Source: Planctomycetota bacterium
GTDB lineage: Bacteria > Planctomycetota > UBA8108 > UBA1146 > JAJFFE01
NCBI GenBank assembly: GCA_021776775.1
Contig: JAJFFE010000145.1
Span: 30,884-94,883 of the forward strand
Length of the DNA stretch: 64,000 nucleotides
Direction of reading: 5' to 3'
Below, piece by piece: positions 9,264 through 19,064 of this stretch; positions within the stretch are counted from its first letter, which is position 1; each line of letters begins with the position of its first letter. Both the position numbers and the translations under genes were made by a program. The notes below the pieces were generated by a model. It had not been told where the DNA came from. It made no database searches and was given only the letters and a program-made list of their open reading frames with translations.

Positions 9264-9947
9264 ATGAACAACGACCCTCACCACGAGCTGTGGTTCGAAC
9301 GGTGGCGCGAAGACCGTATCGGATTCCATCAACCCGATCACAACCGACACCTAGTCGCGCACGGCCGCGCCGTGTTCGGGGAGACGCAATCGGGAGAGGT
9401 GAGTCGACGAGTCTTGGTGCCGCTGAGTGGCAAGAGCCTCGACCTGTTCTGGCTCGAAGATCAGGGCTACGACGTGACCGGTGTCGAGTACGTCCCACGA
9501 GCGGTCGAGGACTTCCACCGCGAGAACGACCGACCGTTCGAGCGGGTACGAACGGGCGGCATCGATACGTTCGTCAGTGGGCGAATCACCACGGCGCTGG
9601 GAGACTTCTTCGCGCTCGAGGCGACGACGTTCGGTCGGTTCGACGCGATCTACGATCGTGCGGCTCTGATTGCGATCTCTCCCGAGCGACGCACCGAGTA
9701 CGTCGCCAAACTGTGCGATCTCTTGAGTGACACCGGTTCGATGCTGCTCGTAACCGTGGACTACCCGGTTCACGAGAAAGAAGGCCCGCCGCACTCGGTT
9801 GCGGACGACGTCGTGCAAGAGCTCTTCGCCGACCACTTCGCGATCGAACAACTCCACTCTGAGGACATTCTCGACCGACAAGAAAAGTGGCGAGAAGACG
9901 GCGTTACTCGCTTACTCGAGTTGGTCTACAAACTCGATAGACGCTGA
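9264..9947 (+). CDS. thiopurine S-methyltransferase family protein
   Basis: N-terminal WFERWREDRIGFHQ matches the TPMT signature, followed by a SAM methyltransferase fold. Confidence 0.7.
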   Translation: MNNDPHHELWFERWREDRIGFHQPDHNRHLVAHGRAVFGETQSGEVSRRVLVPLSGKSLDLFWLEDQGYDVTGVEYVPRAVEDFHRENDRPFERVRTGGIDTFVSGRITTALGDFFALEATTFGRFDAIYDRAALIAISPERRTEYVAKLCDLLSDTGSMLLVTVDYPVHEKEGPPHSVADDVVQELFADHFAIEQLHSEDILDRQEKWREDGVTRLLELVYKLDRR

Positions 9948-9983
9948 CCTACGGGGTCGGCAACAGCGGAAGAAACGTCCGGC

Positions 9984-10718
9984 TCACCGCTTCTTGGCCG
10001 TCTTCTTTCGAACGAACTTCTTGCGCGGAACCTTCTTGATTGCCATCTGCTTGCGCGGAGTGGCCCTCTTGCTGGCAACTTTCTGGGCCGAACGACTCGC
10101 CGGCTCGTTCGATGTAGGTGTGCTCGCCCGGACCGCGGTCTTCTTCTTGGCCACCTTCTTCTTGGCCACTGTCTTCGTCGCCGCCTTCTTGCTCGAGCTC
10201 TTCTTCGCGACCTTCTTGGCGGCGGCCTTCTTCTTCCCGACCTTCTTTGCCGCCTTCTTGCTCGCGGCTTTCTTGCTTCCCTTGGACGCCGTCTTCTTCT
10301 GGGCTTTCTTCTGGGCTTTCTTCTTTGCCTTCTTTGCCGCCGGTGTCGGTTGCGTCGCGGTAGCACTCGGATCACCTAGCTGCGCTAACACGCGCTTCGG
10401 CGCGATCAATCGGAAACTCTCATGCACGAGGGTTTCGATGTAGTGCCAGTCATCGACAGCGTTGGCGTCGACCGAGACCCATCCGTGTTTACCGACGTAG
10501 GCAGATTTCGTGAATCGTTCGTCGAGGCTGATCAGCTCCAACGCGTGATCCATCTCTAGCTTGAACCCGATGCTGCGCTTGTCGCCCTTCTCGCTGTACC
10601 CGGCGAAGATCTTGTCTTTCACGCGGAAGTGGGGATTACCCCAAGTCATCGTCTCTTGGGTCTCGGGCAACGCGAGACAGATGGATCGCATCTTGTTCAA
10701 AGCTGTTCCGCCGCGCAC
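9984..10718 (-). CDS. MmcQ/YjbR-family domain fused to a Lys/Ala-rich histone H1-like C-terminal tail
   Basis: N-terminal ~120 aa is ICLALPETQETMTWGNPHFRVKDKIFA...HGWVSVD (YjbR-like). The C-terminal ~120 aa is AKKAKKKAQKKAQKK...VAKKK repeats. Confidence 0.7.
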   Translation of the reverse strand: MRGGTALNKMRSICLALPETQETMTWGNPHFRVKDKIFAGYSEKGDKRSIGFKLEMDHALELISLDERFTKSAYVGKHGWVSVDANAVDDWHYIETLVHESFRLIAPKRVLAQLGDPSATATQPTPAAKKAKKKAQKKAQKKTASKGSKKAASKKAAKKVGKKKAAAKKVAKKSSSKKAATKTVAKKKVAKKKTAVRASTPTSNEPASRSAQKVASKRATPRKQMAIKKVPRKKFVRKKTAKKR

Positions 10719-10772
10719 TACGACCTCCGAGTCTTATTGACACTGTTGTGCTGAGTATCGTGTCCCGCCGGA

Positions 10773-11282
10773 CTACGCGTCGGGGCGGGTTTTCTTCCAA
10801 CGACGTATCTTCGTTCGCGCCGATATGTACGGCGCGATGGTGTTCACTTGAATCCACTTAGCGAGCGGCCACTTGTCGCCCGCCCATTGCCGAGTCCCGA
10901 CCGTGAACAGTTCCGACTCGTCCAAAGATTCGATCCACTCGCGTAACCGTCCGAGAAGCCGTGAGAACTCGGCACGCATCGCGGCGAGTTCCGTCTCCCG
11001 CCAAGCGTCGTAGAACGAATCAGCCAGTGGTCCGAGTTCGTTCCATTTGTATCCAGTCGCCGGCATGTCCGGCTGCTGGCCGCTCTTCTCGGTCGCCTCC
11101 CAACGCAACAAGCATTCGCCCCAGCCGATCTGATAGGCGATCAAGTCCGCGGGAGAGACCTTGCCCTCGAGATGTTTGATCTGGCTGTCGTACTCCGAGA
11201 TGTCATCGAACTCCGCGTCGAACTTCTGATACGCGGCGTCGAGCTTTTCGAGTAGTTCGACATGTGAAGCGGGGAGGGGCAT
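10773..11282 (-). CDS. ClbS/DfsB family four-helix-bundle protein (DUF1706)
   Basis: LIAYQIGWGECLLRWE motif, ~170 aa. Confidence 0.65.
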   Translation of the reverse strand: MPLPASHVELLEKLDAAYQKFDAEFDDISEYDSQIKHLEGKVSPADLIAYQIGWGECLLRWEATEKSGQQPDMPATGYKWNELGPLADSFYDAWRETELAAMRAEFSRLLGRLREWIESLDESELFTVGTRQWAGDKWPLAKWIQVNTIAPYISARTKIRRWKKTRPDA

Positions 11283-11589
11283 GCTGATCGTACACTTCTC
11301 GCACAGGGGATCGTTCGCAGCGCGTCACGTTATTTCTTCCGCTTCCGAGGCACAACAGAGAGTAGGGGGACTTCCGACGGCTGCCGGCAGATCTCGCCAG
11401 CCGTCGCCATGGTCGCGACAATGGGTCGGACTCCGGTGGCCGGACTCCAAGCAACCGCGCGCTCCCGCGTCGATCGCACTCTGAACCTTGACAGTCGGCA
11501 ACCCCGCCCCGAGACTCCGCCAGCCTGGATTCGGTGAGTGCCGCACGTGTGGCTCGATTCCTCGGGACTACCTGCGAGCGGAGAACGCG

Positions 11590-12348
11590 TTGATACCTTG
11601 GGAACTGATCGAGCAAGCCGACATACCGAAGCAATCGTCACGGGCGGGGCAAGGCACGGAGATCTCCTCCAAGTCAAAGATCTCTCTCTTTCGTCGCGGT
11701 GACGAGTATTCGATCCGCGTCGACAACTGGGAGTTGATGAACAGCCGCGCGTTCTCCAGCGAGAAGGAGATCGCGTCGGCGGCGTGCCTGCGCATCACGC
11801 AGCGACCCGACAGTGCGGACCGGCCGCAACCGATGGTGCTCATCGGGGGGCTCGGTATGGGGTTCACACTCCGGACGGCGCTCGACAACTTGCCCGCGGA
11901 GAGCACCGTCATGGTGGCGGAACTCATTCCGGAAGTTGTCGAGTGGAACAAGAAGTACCTCGGTAAGTTCGCCGGCGAACCGTTGGCGGACCCGCGGGTC
12001 GAGGTCTACCTGGGCGACGTCGCCGACCGCATTCGTTCGCACCCGGGCAGCCACGACGCCATCGTGCTCGATGTCGACAACGGCCCGCACGCGAAGCCGA
12101 CCGATAGCCAAGGCTGGCTCTACTCCCACGACGGACTCGACGCGATCCACCACGCACTACGACCCGATGGCGTCTTGACCATCTGGTCGGCCGGGCCGAC
12201 GACGGGTTTCACGCAACGCGTGAAACGTCGAGGGTTCGAAGTCGAGGAGAGCCGCTGTCGCAGCCGAGGCGACAAGGGCAACTGGCACGTCATCTGGGTC
12301 GCGCAGCGCAAAGAAAAGAAGGTTCGGAAAGAAGAGACCGAAGAGTAG
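11590..12348 (+). CDS. spermidine/spermine synthase-like methyltransferase-fold protein
   Basis: LFRRGDEYSIRVDNWELMNSR...MVLIGGLGMGFTLRTAL. The start is uncertain: TTG 11590 with a GGAG Shine-Dalgarno, or track ATG 11488. Confidence 0.5.
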   Translation: MIPWELIEQADIPKQSSRAGQGTEISSKSKISLFRRGDEYSIRVDNWELMNSRAFSSEKEIASAACLRITQRPDSADRPQPMVLIGGLGMGFTLRTALDNLPAESTVMVAELIPEVVEWNKKYLGKFAGEPLADPRVEVYLGDVADRIRSHPGSHDAIVLDVDNGPHAKPTDSQGWLYSHDGLDAIHHALRPDGVLTIWSAGPTTGFTQRVKRRGFEVEESRCRSRGDKGNWHVIWVAQRKEKKVRKEETEE

Positions 12349-12409
12349 TCGCGCTGATCGAGGCGGGCCGATCTCGTGGGAAAGCCTCGTGGGAAAGCGC
12401 CGAGGCCGA

Positions 12410-12910
12410 CTACTCGCGAGAGTCGAGGAACTTCTTGAGGATCGCTGTGGATGAGCCCAAGGTGCAATCCAGAATCACCACCTCGATACCGAACTCTTCG
12501 CACACCGCCATCTCGACCGGCGGCAACGTGCCGTCCCAGTCCTTACCCTTGACGTAGTACGCCGGGCGTAGGCGCCGCAGAGACTCGTGGGTGCCGCGAC
12601 TGGCAATGTGCACGCCGGCGATCGCTTCCATGGCGTCGATCACCGTCGCCCGGTCGAGCTGCTCGAGCACCGGCTCACGCTTCTTGCGGCCGCGGATGTA
12701 GTCGTCGCACGCCAAGTTACAGATCACCGGCAGACCGAGCTTGGCGGCCAGGCGGAAGTACTCGACATGACCGCGGTGGATGGGGTCGAAACAGCCGTCG
12801 ACCATCGCGAACTTGGCGGGTAGATCGGCGGGAAGCGGCTCGGTTTCGGCATTCAAATCGTCGAAGATCAACGCGGAAGCTCCTCCGGGGTAAGCGAATG
12901 TTCGCCGCAT
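12410..12910 (-). CDS. cytidylyltransferase-like nucleotidyltransferase (TagD / RfaE domain II-like)
   Basis: MVDGCFDPIHRGHVEYF is the (H/T)xGH motif. Only the C-terminal 166 codons of the 510-aa track ORF are real. The remainder is antisense to the plus-strand gene. Confidence 0.7.
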   Translation of the reverse strand: MRRTFAYPGGASALIFDDLNAETEPLPADLPAKFAMVDGCFDPIHRGHVEYFRLAAKLGLPVICNLACDDYIRGRKKREPVLEQLDRATVIDAMEAIAGVHIASRGTHESLRRLRPAYYVKGKDWDGTLPPVEMAVCEEFGIEVVILDCTLGSSTAILKKFLDSRE

Positions 12911-13141
12911 TCTGGAACCCGGTCGGGGAGGTTGCAAGGCCACGGCCGCGGGCGGCGTCGAGATACACTGCCTGGGCGTCACGCCGCCACCGTGGTAGAA
13001 GACGTCGTGCTGCGCATGACTGCAGAAACACGCCTGTTGAGGAATCGAGTTGGGGTTTCGTTGCTCGGTAGATTCTTGAGAACCAAAGGGACCGCGGTCG
13101 CTCCGCACGAGCGCACGGGGCTTGTCAGCGGTGCCCGTCGC

Positions 13142-14122
13142 ATGGCGGCGCGCTGGGAATCCCTGGTTCACACTCCCCTCACCATTCGCTGTCGAGTTCG
13201 CGCCGCTCTGCGCGATTCGTCGCGACCGATCCTCGTCGGACCGTGGTGTTCCGAGGTTGGCTTCGAGTTGCTCTACTGGATTCCATTCCTGCGCAAGACA
13301 CTCGGCGACGCGGGTATCGACCCCGCCCGAGTCATCGCCGCCTCGCGAGGCGGTGCCGAGCCGTGGTACTCCGGTATTGCCGATACGTACTACGACTTGA
13401 TGGACGCCAAGTCCCACGCGGAGTACCTCTCGTACACGACAACTCGAGAAGCGCAGCAAGGCGTCAAGAAGCAGCTCGACCTCGTCGCGTGCGAAAGAGC
13501 GCTGATCAACGAGCTCTCGTCCGACTTCGAAGACCCGGTGGTTTTTCATCCATCGCTCATGTATCGACTCTTCGCCGCCGTATGGCGCGGAATGAAGCCG
13601 GTCGAATACGCCCTGGAGCGGTGCCACCACGTTCCGATGGATCGCAACCTGCCGCTGCCGGAAGGTTGCCCGTTCGGCGACGAGCCGTACGCGGCAATCA
13701 AGTTGTACCGATCCGACGCGTGGCCGCAGAACGAATCGAGCGCGGCGTTCGTACGAGACTTGCTCGCGAGTCTTGCGTCTCGCATGCCGGTGGTCGTCCT
13801 GCAAGCAGGGTTCGACATGGACGATCACCGCGATCACAGCCTGCCCGACGGGGTCCGCATCATCGACGCGTCGCCATGGATCGAACCGCGCACGAACCTT
13901 GCGGTACAGTCTGCTATCGTCGCGCACGCCAGCGAACTGCACACGACCTATGGCGGCTTTGCGTATCTCGGGGCGCTACTAGGAGTCCCGACGACCGCGT
14001 ACTACTCCAACGACGGGTTCGTGGCGGACCACCTCCAAGTGTCGAACCAGATTTTTTCGGGCCCTGGCTTCGCTGCTATTCGCGAGCGCCGCATCGTCGA
14101 TGGAGCACTGGCGTCCGAATGA
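13142..14122 (+). CDS. GT-B-like protein, paralog of the C-terminal half of the 23668..26724 protein
   Basis: ILVGPWCSEVGFELLYWIPF and TYGGFAYLGALLGVPT match VVIGPWMGEVGFEVLYWIPF and TYGGFSYLAPFYGVPS in the fused paralog. The start is uncertain (track 12932). Confidence 0.55.
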   Translation: MAARWESLVHTPLTIRCRVRAALRDSSRPILVGPWCSEVGFELLYWIPFLRKTLGDAGIDPARVIAASRGGAEPWYSGIADTYYDLMDAKSHAEYLSYTTTREAQQGVKKQLDLVACERALINELSSDFEDPVVFHPSLMYRLFAAVWRGMKPVEYALERCHHVPMDRNLPLPEGCPFGDEPYAAIKLYRSDAWPQNESSAAFVRDLLASLASRMPVVVLQAGFDMDDHRDHSLPDGVRIIDASPWIEPRTNLAVQSAIVAHASELHTTYGGFAYLGALLGVPTTAYYSNDGFVADHLQVSNQIFSGPGFAAIRERRIVDGALASE

Positions 14123-14150
14123 ACCTTCTCTCGAACGCTCGACGAGCCGC

Positions 14151-15632
14151 ATGAAACCGAAGACACCGCTACGCGTGTTGATCGTGCTTCAGTACCCGGG
14201 CTACCTACGGTACTTCGACTCCGTCATCGAAGAGCTGTCGCGCCGCGGCCACTCGGTCACGGTCTCGTTCGACAAGTTGGACAAACAGCGCGAAGGGCTG
14301 ATCGGTCTCGAGGCAATCCCGCGGGTCACCCGCATCGATACGATCTCGAATCGCCACGACGCGTTTCGGATCGTCGCGCGCGAGTTGCGCACCGTCATCG
14401 ACTACGTCCGTTACAAGCACCCCGACTTTCGAAGTTCGCCGTATCTCAGCGAACGAATGCGCGACGCGCTCCCGCGACCGCTGCGCTGGCTCGGCGGGTT
14501 GTCGACGCTGTCGCCGAAGACGGTCGATCGCACGATTCGTGGTCTTCTCTACCTGGAGAAGTGCATCCCGAGCTCTTCGCAAATTCGTGCAGCCATCGAG
14601 TCGGTCGCGCCCGACGTCGTCTTGGTCAGTCCTCTCGTCACCAAGGGATCTCCACAGGTCGACGTCGTCAAAGCGGCGCAAGCGTTGGGAGTGCCGTGCG
14701 CGTTGGGCGTCGGAAGTTGGGACCACCTGACGACGAAAGGGTTGGTGCGTATCGTTCCCGATCGCGTGTTCGTTTGGAACGAACTACAACGCGCCGAAGC
14801 GGTCAAGTATCACCAAGTCGAAGCGGGTCGCGTGAAGGTGACGGGCGCGCAAAACTTCGACAAGTGGTTCCACTGGCGGCCGGGGAGCTCGGCCGACGAA
14901 TTCCGCGCGAAGGTCGGCCTGCCCCCGGGCAAGCCGTACGTGCTCTTCGTCGGATCGACGGCGTCGATCTCCGCCCCGGACGCCGAGGTCGAGTGGGTGA
15001 CGGAGTGGCTACGTCAAATGCGCAGTCAAGACGCACCGCTCGCCAAGACGTCGGTGCTGATTCGTCCGCACCCGTACAATCTGGGTCGGTGGGACAAGGT
15101 CGACCTGTCGGAGTTCGCTAACGTCGCGGTCTATCCACGATTCCAAGCAAACCCGGTGGCGTCCGACGACCGCCAAGACTACTTCGACTCGATTCACCAC
15201 TCGGCCGCCGTCGTCGGCATCAACACGAGCGCCATGATCGAAGCGGCCATCCTCGACAAGCCGGTGCACACCATTCGCACGGAAGAGTTCGCACGCACGC
15301 AAGAAGGCACGCTGCACTTCCGCTACATGCTGCCTGAGAACGGCGGCTTCCTGAACGTCGCGGCGGACCCTGCCGAACACTTCGAGCAGCTCGCCAGCAA
15401 CCTCAAGGATCCAGAGACGAGCCGAGCGATCACGCAACGGTTTGTCCGCCACTTCCTGCGACCGCTCGGCATCCATCGAGACGCCACGCCGACCTTCGCC
15501 ACGCAGCTCGAACGGCTCGGCGCCCAGCAACCATCGCCGCGGCGCGATCGTACGATTGCCCATCCGGTCACCGCGATGTTTGCGCTCGCCGGCTTCGCGT
15601 TGAACGCACTGCGCCGACTTCGACGCGGCTAA
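14151..15632 (+). CDS. TagF-like CDP-alcohol phosphotransferase / GT-B protein, paralog of the N-terminal half of the 23668..26724 protein
   Basis: LGVGSWDHLTTKGLV, VVGINTSAMIEAAILDKPVHTIRTEEFARTQEGTLHFRY and LIRPHP match the fused paralog. The start is uncertain (track 14100). Confidence 0.6.
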   Translation: MKPKTPLRVLIVLQYPGYLRYFDSVIEELSRRGHSVTVSFDKLDKQREGLIGLEAIPRVTRIDTISNRHDAFRIVARELRTVIDYVRYKHPDFRSSPYLSERMRDALPRPLRWLGGLSTLSPKTVDRTIRGLLYLEKCIPSSSQIRAAIESVAPDVVLVSPLVTKGSPQVDVVKAAQALGVPCALGVGSWDHLTTKGLVRIVPDRVFVWNELQRAEAVKYHQVEAGRVKVTGAQNFDKWFHWRPGSSADEFRAKVGLPPGKPYVLFVGSTASISAPDAEVEWVTEWLRQMRSQDAPLAKTSVLIRPHPYNLGRWDKVDLSEFANVAVYPRFQANPVASDDRQDYFDSIHHSAAVVGINTSAMIEAAILDKPVHTIRTEEFARTQEGTLHFRYMLPENGGFLNVAADPAEHFEQLASNLKDPETSRAITQRFVRHFLRPLGIHRDATPTFATQLERLGAQQPSPRRDRTIAHPVTAMFALAGFALNALRRLRRG

Positions 15633-15762
15633 AGCGCTTCGCTCCTTACCGAGCGTCATGCGCCGGCCAGTTGATTGCCCTTCGCAAAGAGCCCGTTGTC
15701 ATAATGCGATCGTGCGAACCAAGAACGCGGCTCTGTGAACATGCAGGGGCCACGGATACCCA

Positions 15763-17265
15763 TCACGGACACCCCACGTACATGTCACAGTCAAAACTGT
15801 CCAACGTAGTGTCTTCCCCACAAAGCGCAATCAGCGGTAGCGGTAGCGGTGAAGCACCAGGAAAGAAGAGTGTGATCAAGATAGCGACGGGATCAGCCAG
15901 GTCGAAGGTTCCGTCGTCGTTTGCGTCGCCTGCATCCTCACACGGCAGCGCTGGGAAGCCCGGCGTGAACAAGGCAGAAATGCAGGTGATGGCGTCGCCC
16001 ACATTGAACGCGCCGTCCCCGTCGGCATCGCCACGACGAAAGAACCCGGGGATCGAAACTTCATAGTAGTACAGTGCTCCACTTTCGACGGCGCCCACGA
16101 CATCAGCATTCGGCGCGCCTCCGAGCACCTGGAGACCGTGAACCGCCACCGATGAGCCGAGATAGCCGACCCATTCTGTAAACCCAGAATCGGCTGCGAC
16201 CCATTGAGACTGCTCGACCCAATCCCCGCCTTCGAGCCGAAAATGAAAGATCGCGCCTTCGGTCGAGAGATACCAAGGCGCCCCGACGAACACGTCGTCA
16301 CCCTGAAGCGCTACACACCAACCAAACCCTATGTTCTCGGCAGTCATCGCCGAGATCTTCTGCTCTTCGATCCAGGTTCCCGCGGACAAGCGAAACAGGT
16401 AGGCGGCTCCGTACCCGAAACCCGGCGTCAATGTGGACAGCGCGCCGACCGCGATCGTGTCGCCGTCCACGGCAACTCCTCTACCAAACTCGTCGAAAGG
16501 CACTCCGTCTGAGGCGACCAACCGTGTCTCTTCAGCCCAGTCCGATCCGGAATAGCGAAACACAACCGCCGACCCAGACGACACGGTCCACAAGGACGAC
16601 ACGATGACATCGCCAGATATCGCAGTCGCATGCCCGAGTGCCGTCGCTTCTCCCGGCGTCGGAGCGGCGACAAGAATCTGCTCTTCTATCCAGTCGCCCC
16701 CATCCCAACGGAAGACGTAGGTCGACCCCTTGTTGGGAGCCATGTCGAATTGCTGCAACGCTGAAATCGCAAGTACGTTTCCGGACGCTGCCATCGACCA
16801 GCCGAACCAACCCTGGGTCGCAGCGTCACTGGCAACTAGCTTCCTCTCCTCGTACCACTGCGTGCCGTTGTAACGATACAGGTAGACCGCGCCTGCGTTG
16901 AGCGCCTCGTCGTCATCTCCGTACGCCGAAACTGCGATGAAGTCGCTACCCACGACGCACGACAAACCGAAGTAGTCCCCGCCGTCCAAGTCATCAGGAA
17001 CAAGGATCTGCGACTCTTCCCAAATTGAACCATTCCATTTGAAAACGATGGCCGCCCCGCCCGTCACATGACCATCCTGAATCGTGCTCGGAGCACCCGC
17101 CACCGCGAACTCTCCGTGCATCGCGACCGACTTGCCCATGTTCAAGAAGAGCGTCGGGTCGCTCGCTCTAATTTCTTGGACCTCCGTAATCGTCTGAGCA
17201 GCGACACTGTTCGTGAACACCACAACAAGAAAGCTGACTACCGTAGCTGTTGAAACGATACGCAT
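15763..17265 (-). CDS. secreted repeat protein (FG-GAP/beta-propeller-like repeats) with C-terminal dockerin and Cys-rich tail
   Basis: Signal peptide MRIVSTATVVSFLVVVFTNSVAAQ. Repeated GxxAYLYRxxGxxW units. The C-terminus is GDADGDGAFNVGDA...DANDDGTFDLADP...CGEDTTLDSFDCDMYVGCP. Confidence 0.7.
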   Translation of the reverse strand: MRIVSTATVVSFLVVVFTNSVAAQTITEVQEIRASDPTLFLNMGKSVAMHGEFAVAGAPSTIQDGHVTGGAAIVFKWNGSIWEESQILVPDDLDGGDYFGLSCVVGSDFIAVSAYGDDDEALNAGAVYLYRYNGTQWYEERKLVASDAATQGWFGWSMAASGNVLAISALQQFDMAPNKGSTYVFRWDGGDWIEEQILVAAPTPGEATALGHATAISGDVIVSSLWTVSSGSAVVFRYSGSDWAEETRLVASDGVPFDEFGRGVAVDGDTIAVGALSTLTPGFGYGAAYLFRLSAGTWIEEQKISAMTAENIGFGWCVALQGDDVFVGAPWYLSTEGAIFHFRLEGGDWVEQSQWVAADSGFTEWVGYLGSSVAVHGLQVLGGAPNADVVGAVESGALYYYEVSIPGFFRRGDADGDGAFNVGDAITCISALFTPGFPALPCEDAGDANDDGTFDLADPVAILITLFFPGASPLPLPLIALCGEDTTLDSFDCDMYVGCP

Positions 17266-17733
17266 GAGATTCCCGCTCTCTTCCCCACTGGCAAGCCACT
17301 CGTCGCTGCAAAGAAGACATCTTCGCGCAACACTCAGCGACGACTCTCGAGTAGTTCGACGCGTCGCCAGTCTCGGCCATGGGTTCAACATTCGCATCCA
17401 GGAGGGATCGTCTGGAGAGGAAGCGAGTGACTGGTCTCCAGTCGAGGAAACGAAAACTTCAGTGCACCGGGGCAAGGATGTTCACGAGGGACAATGAACT
17501 TGGCTCGCGATTCTCGGCCTGACTGATCACGGTGGCGGGAGAGACCTCTCAAAGTCGGCTTCTGTGGAAGTCCCGGTTGGCTCACCCTACTCTTGCGTGA
17601 TCTCGGCCCAGACCCTAACGTACACCAGGCATGTCAAGCGTTTGATCGGCCGTTGCGTTAGGACGCAACGCCTGCTGGCGGAGCGACGGTGTGCCTGGAC
17701 CTCGTCTATGGTGTTCTGGGTGGAGGAATCTTC

Positions 17734-18240
17734 ATGGGTACTGCTAACCATCGGGGAACTCGGTGTGGCGCGTCGAACTCTCTTCGAGGCGCGTTTCGCG
17801 TCATCGTTCCGATCGCTCTGGCAACGCTCGTAGGGCTCTCGTCGAGCGGGTGCGAGTCGCCGAAGCGCAAGAAGGCGGGCCCCGAGTCGATCGATGCGCT
17901 GAGTGGAGATCGCGGCAAGAGATCAAAGGCAGGCAGACCAGAGTTCGGAATAGCAGTCGAGCCTCCGACTGGAGGATCCGTCGGAGACGACGGAGTCATT
18001 CTGCTGTCTGTCTCGAGTGATTCCGATGTCCAAAGAGACATCGATTTCTCTGGCTTCTCCCCGACGAGTGTCACGGTGAGTCCCGATCTTCCGAGCGGCC
18101 TTCGAGTGGGGATGTCCGGTGGCAAAGCCCGGCTCATGGGCAAACTCACGGGCACCGTCGACTCGGCCAAGTCATACACCGTGACCGCCAAGGGTGGTGG
18201 CAAGACGGCGAAGAAGTCGATCAAACTCTCCGGGCAGTAG
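17734..18240 (+). CDS. hypothetical lipoprotein
   Basis: Lipobox LSSSGC followed by a Ser/Gly-rich secreted domain. Confidence 0.45.
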   Translation: MGTANHRGTRCGASNSLRGAFRVIVPIALATLVGLSSSGCESPKRKKAGPESIDALSGDRGKRSKAGRPEFGIAVEPPTGGSVGDDGVILLSVSSDSDVQRDIDFSGFSPTSVTVSPDLPSGLRVGMSGGKARLMGKLTGTVDSAKSYTVTAKGGGKTAKKSIKLSGQ

Positions 18241-18270
18241 CACACCGCACCAACCAACAAACGGTGCAGA

Positions 18271-18996
18271 CTACCCTTGAGGAATGGTGTTGAGTCGAAC
18301 CGGCACCACAGTGTGCCAGTCGTTGACGAGGTCGCGCATGTCGATGGTGAGATAGAGTTCATCGCCGTACTCTCTTGCGATGCTCCAATCAAAGAAGAGT
18401 GCGCCCTTCTCGACGGCTCCGGGACCCAACGCCCGCTTACTCCATTCGACGCTGATCAGGTTCTCACAGATGATGGCGTCCTTCAAATCGCGTCCCTTTT
18501 CATCTCGCCAAACGTCGTCCCATATCGCGAATCCGTAGAGTACCGGCATGAGCATGACGCTGATCGGAATCCCCAACGCGTAGATGTCCCAACGCGACGT
18601 TAGAAACTCAGATGCAACTTCGCCTACCGGCAACTGCGGAATTTCGTAGTAGTCACTGCCGTCCTTTCCGAACAGTCGGCAGTTGGCGTTCGAAGCCAAG
18701 ACTCGCGTGAGCGATCGATTTTCGATTCGCAGGTAGACGCCCAGAACTCCCTTCGCGCATAGATCGCCCAAGAAGTACTTGTTCGACAATTCGCTGTCGA
18801 GGAAGTGCCCGACCTGAATTCCGATCAGACCGTCTTCTGCGGCAAAGACGGCTTCATTCGGGAACTTGTCTGGTAACTCCGGTAGCGCGAGCCGCGACGC
18901 CTTCGGCGTCCCGCTACAACCGGCGAGAAGCGCAGCCGCTAGCACCGCCGAGACAACTAGCAGCAACGATCGGCGACCGGTGGAAACGTAGCTCAT
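18271..18996 (-). CDS. hypothetical lipoprotein
   Basis: Signal and lipobox LLAGCSG. The track ORF is over-extended at the 5' end. Confidence 0.5.
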   Translation of the reverse strand: MSYVSTGRRSLLLVVSAVLAAALLAGCSGTPKASRLALPELPDKFPNEAVFAAEDGLIGIQVGHFLDSELSNKYFLGDLCAKGVLGVYLRIENRSLTRVLASNANCRLFGKDGSDYYEIPQLPVGEVASEFLTSRWDIYALGIPISVMLMPVLYGFAIWDDVWRDEKGRDLKDAIICENLISVEWSKRALGPGAVEKGALFFDWSIAREYGDELYLTIDMRDLVNDWHTVVPVRLNTIPQG

Positions 18997-19064
18997 CGTG
19001 ACTCCATCTCGAGTTTCAACGAACGCTTCAACGCAATGAGATCTTGAATGATTGGTCCGCGAAC

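Noticed and set aside
9799-10443. Arg-rich (RRRPR...) and Ser/Pro-rich ORFs on both strands over 9.8-10.4 kb.
   Set aside because: They are frame and strand shadows of the repetitive DNA encoding the KAKK histone-like tail of 9984..10718.
12911-13942. The N-terminal 344 codons of the 510-aa minus-strand ORF 12410..13942.
   Set aside because: Only the C-terminal 166 codons (12410-12910) look like a protein, specifically a cytidylyltransferase. The remainder is the high-GC antisense shadow of the plus-strand gene 13142-14122, which has a clear paralog elsewhere in the window.
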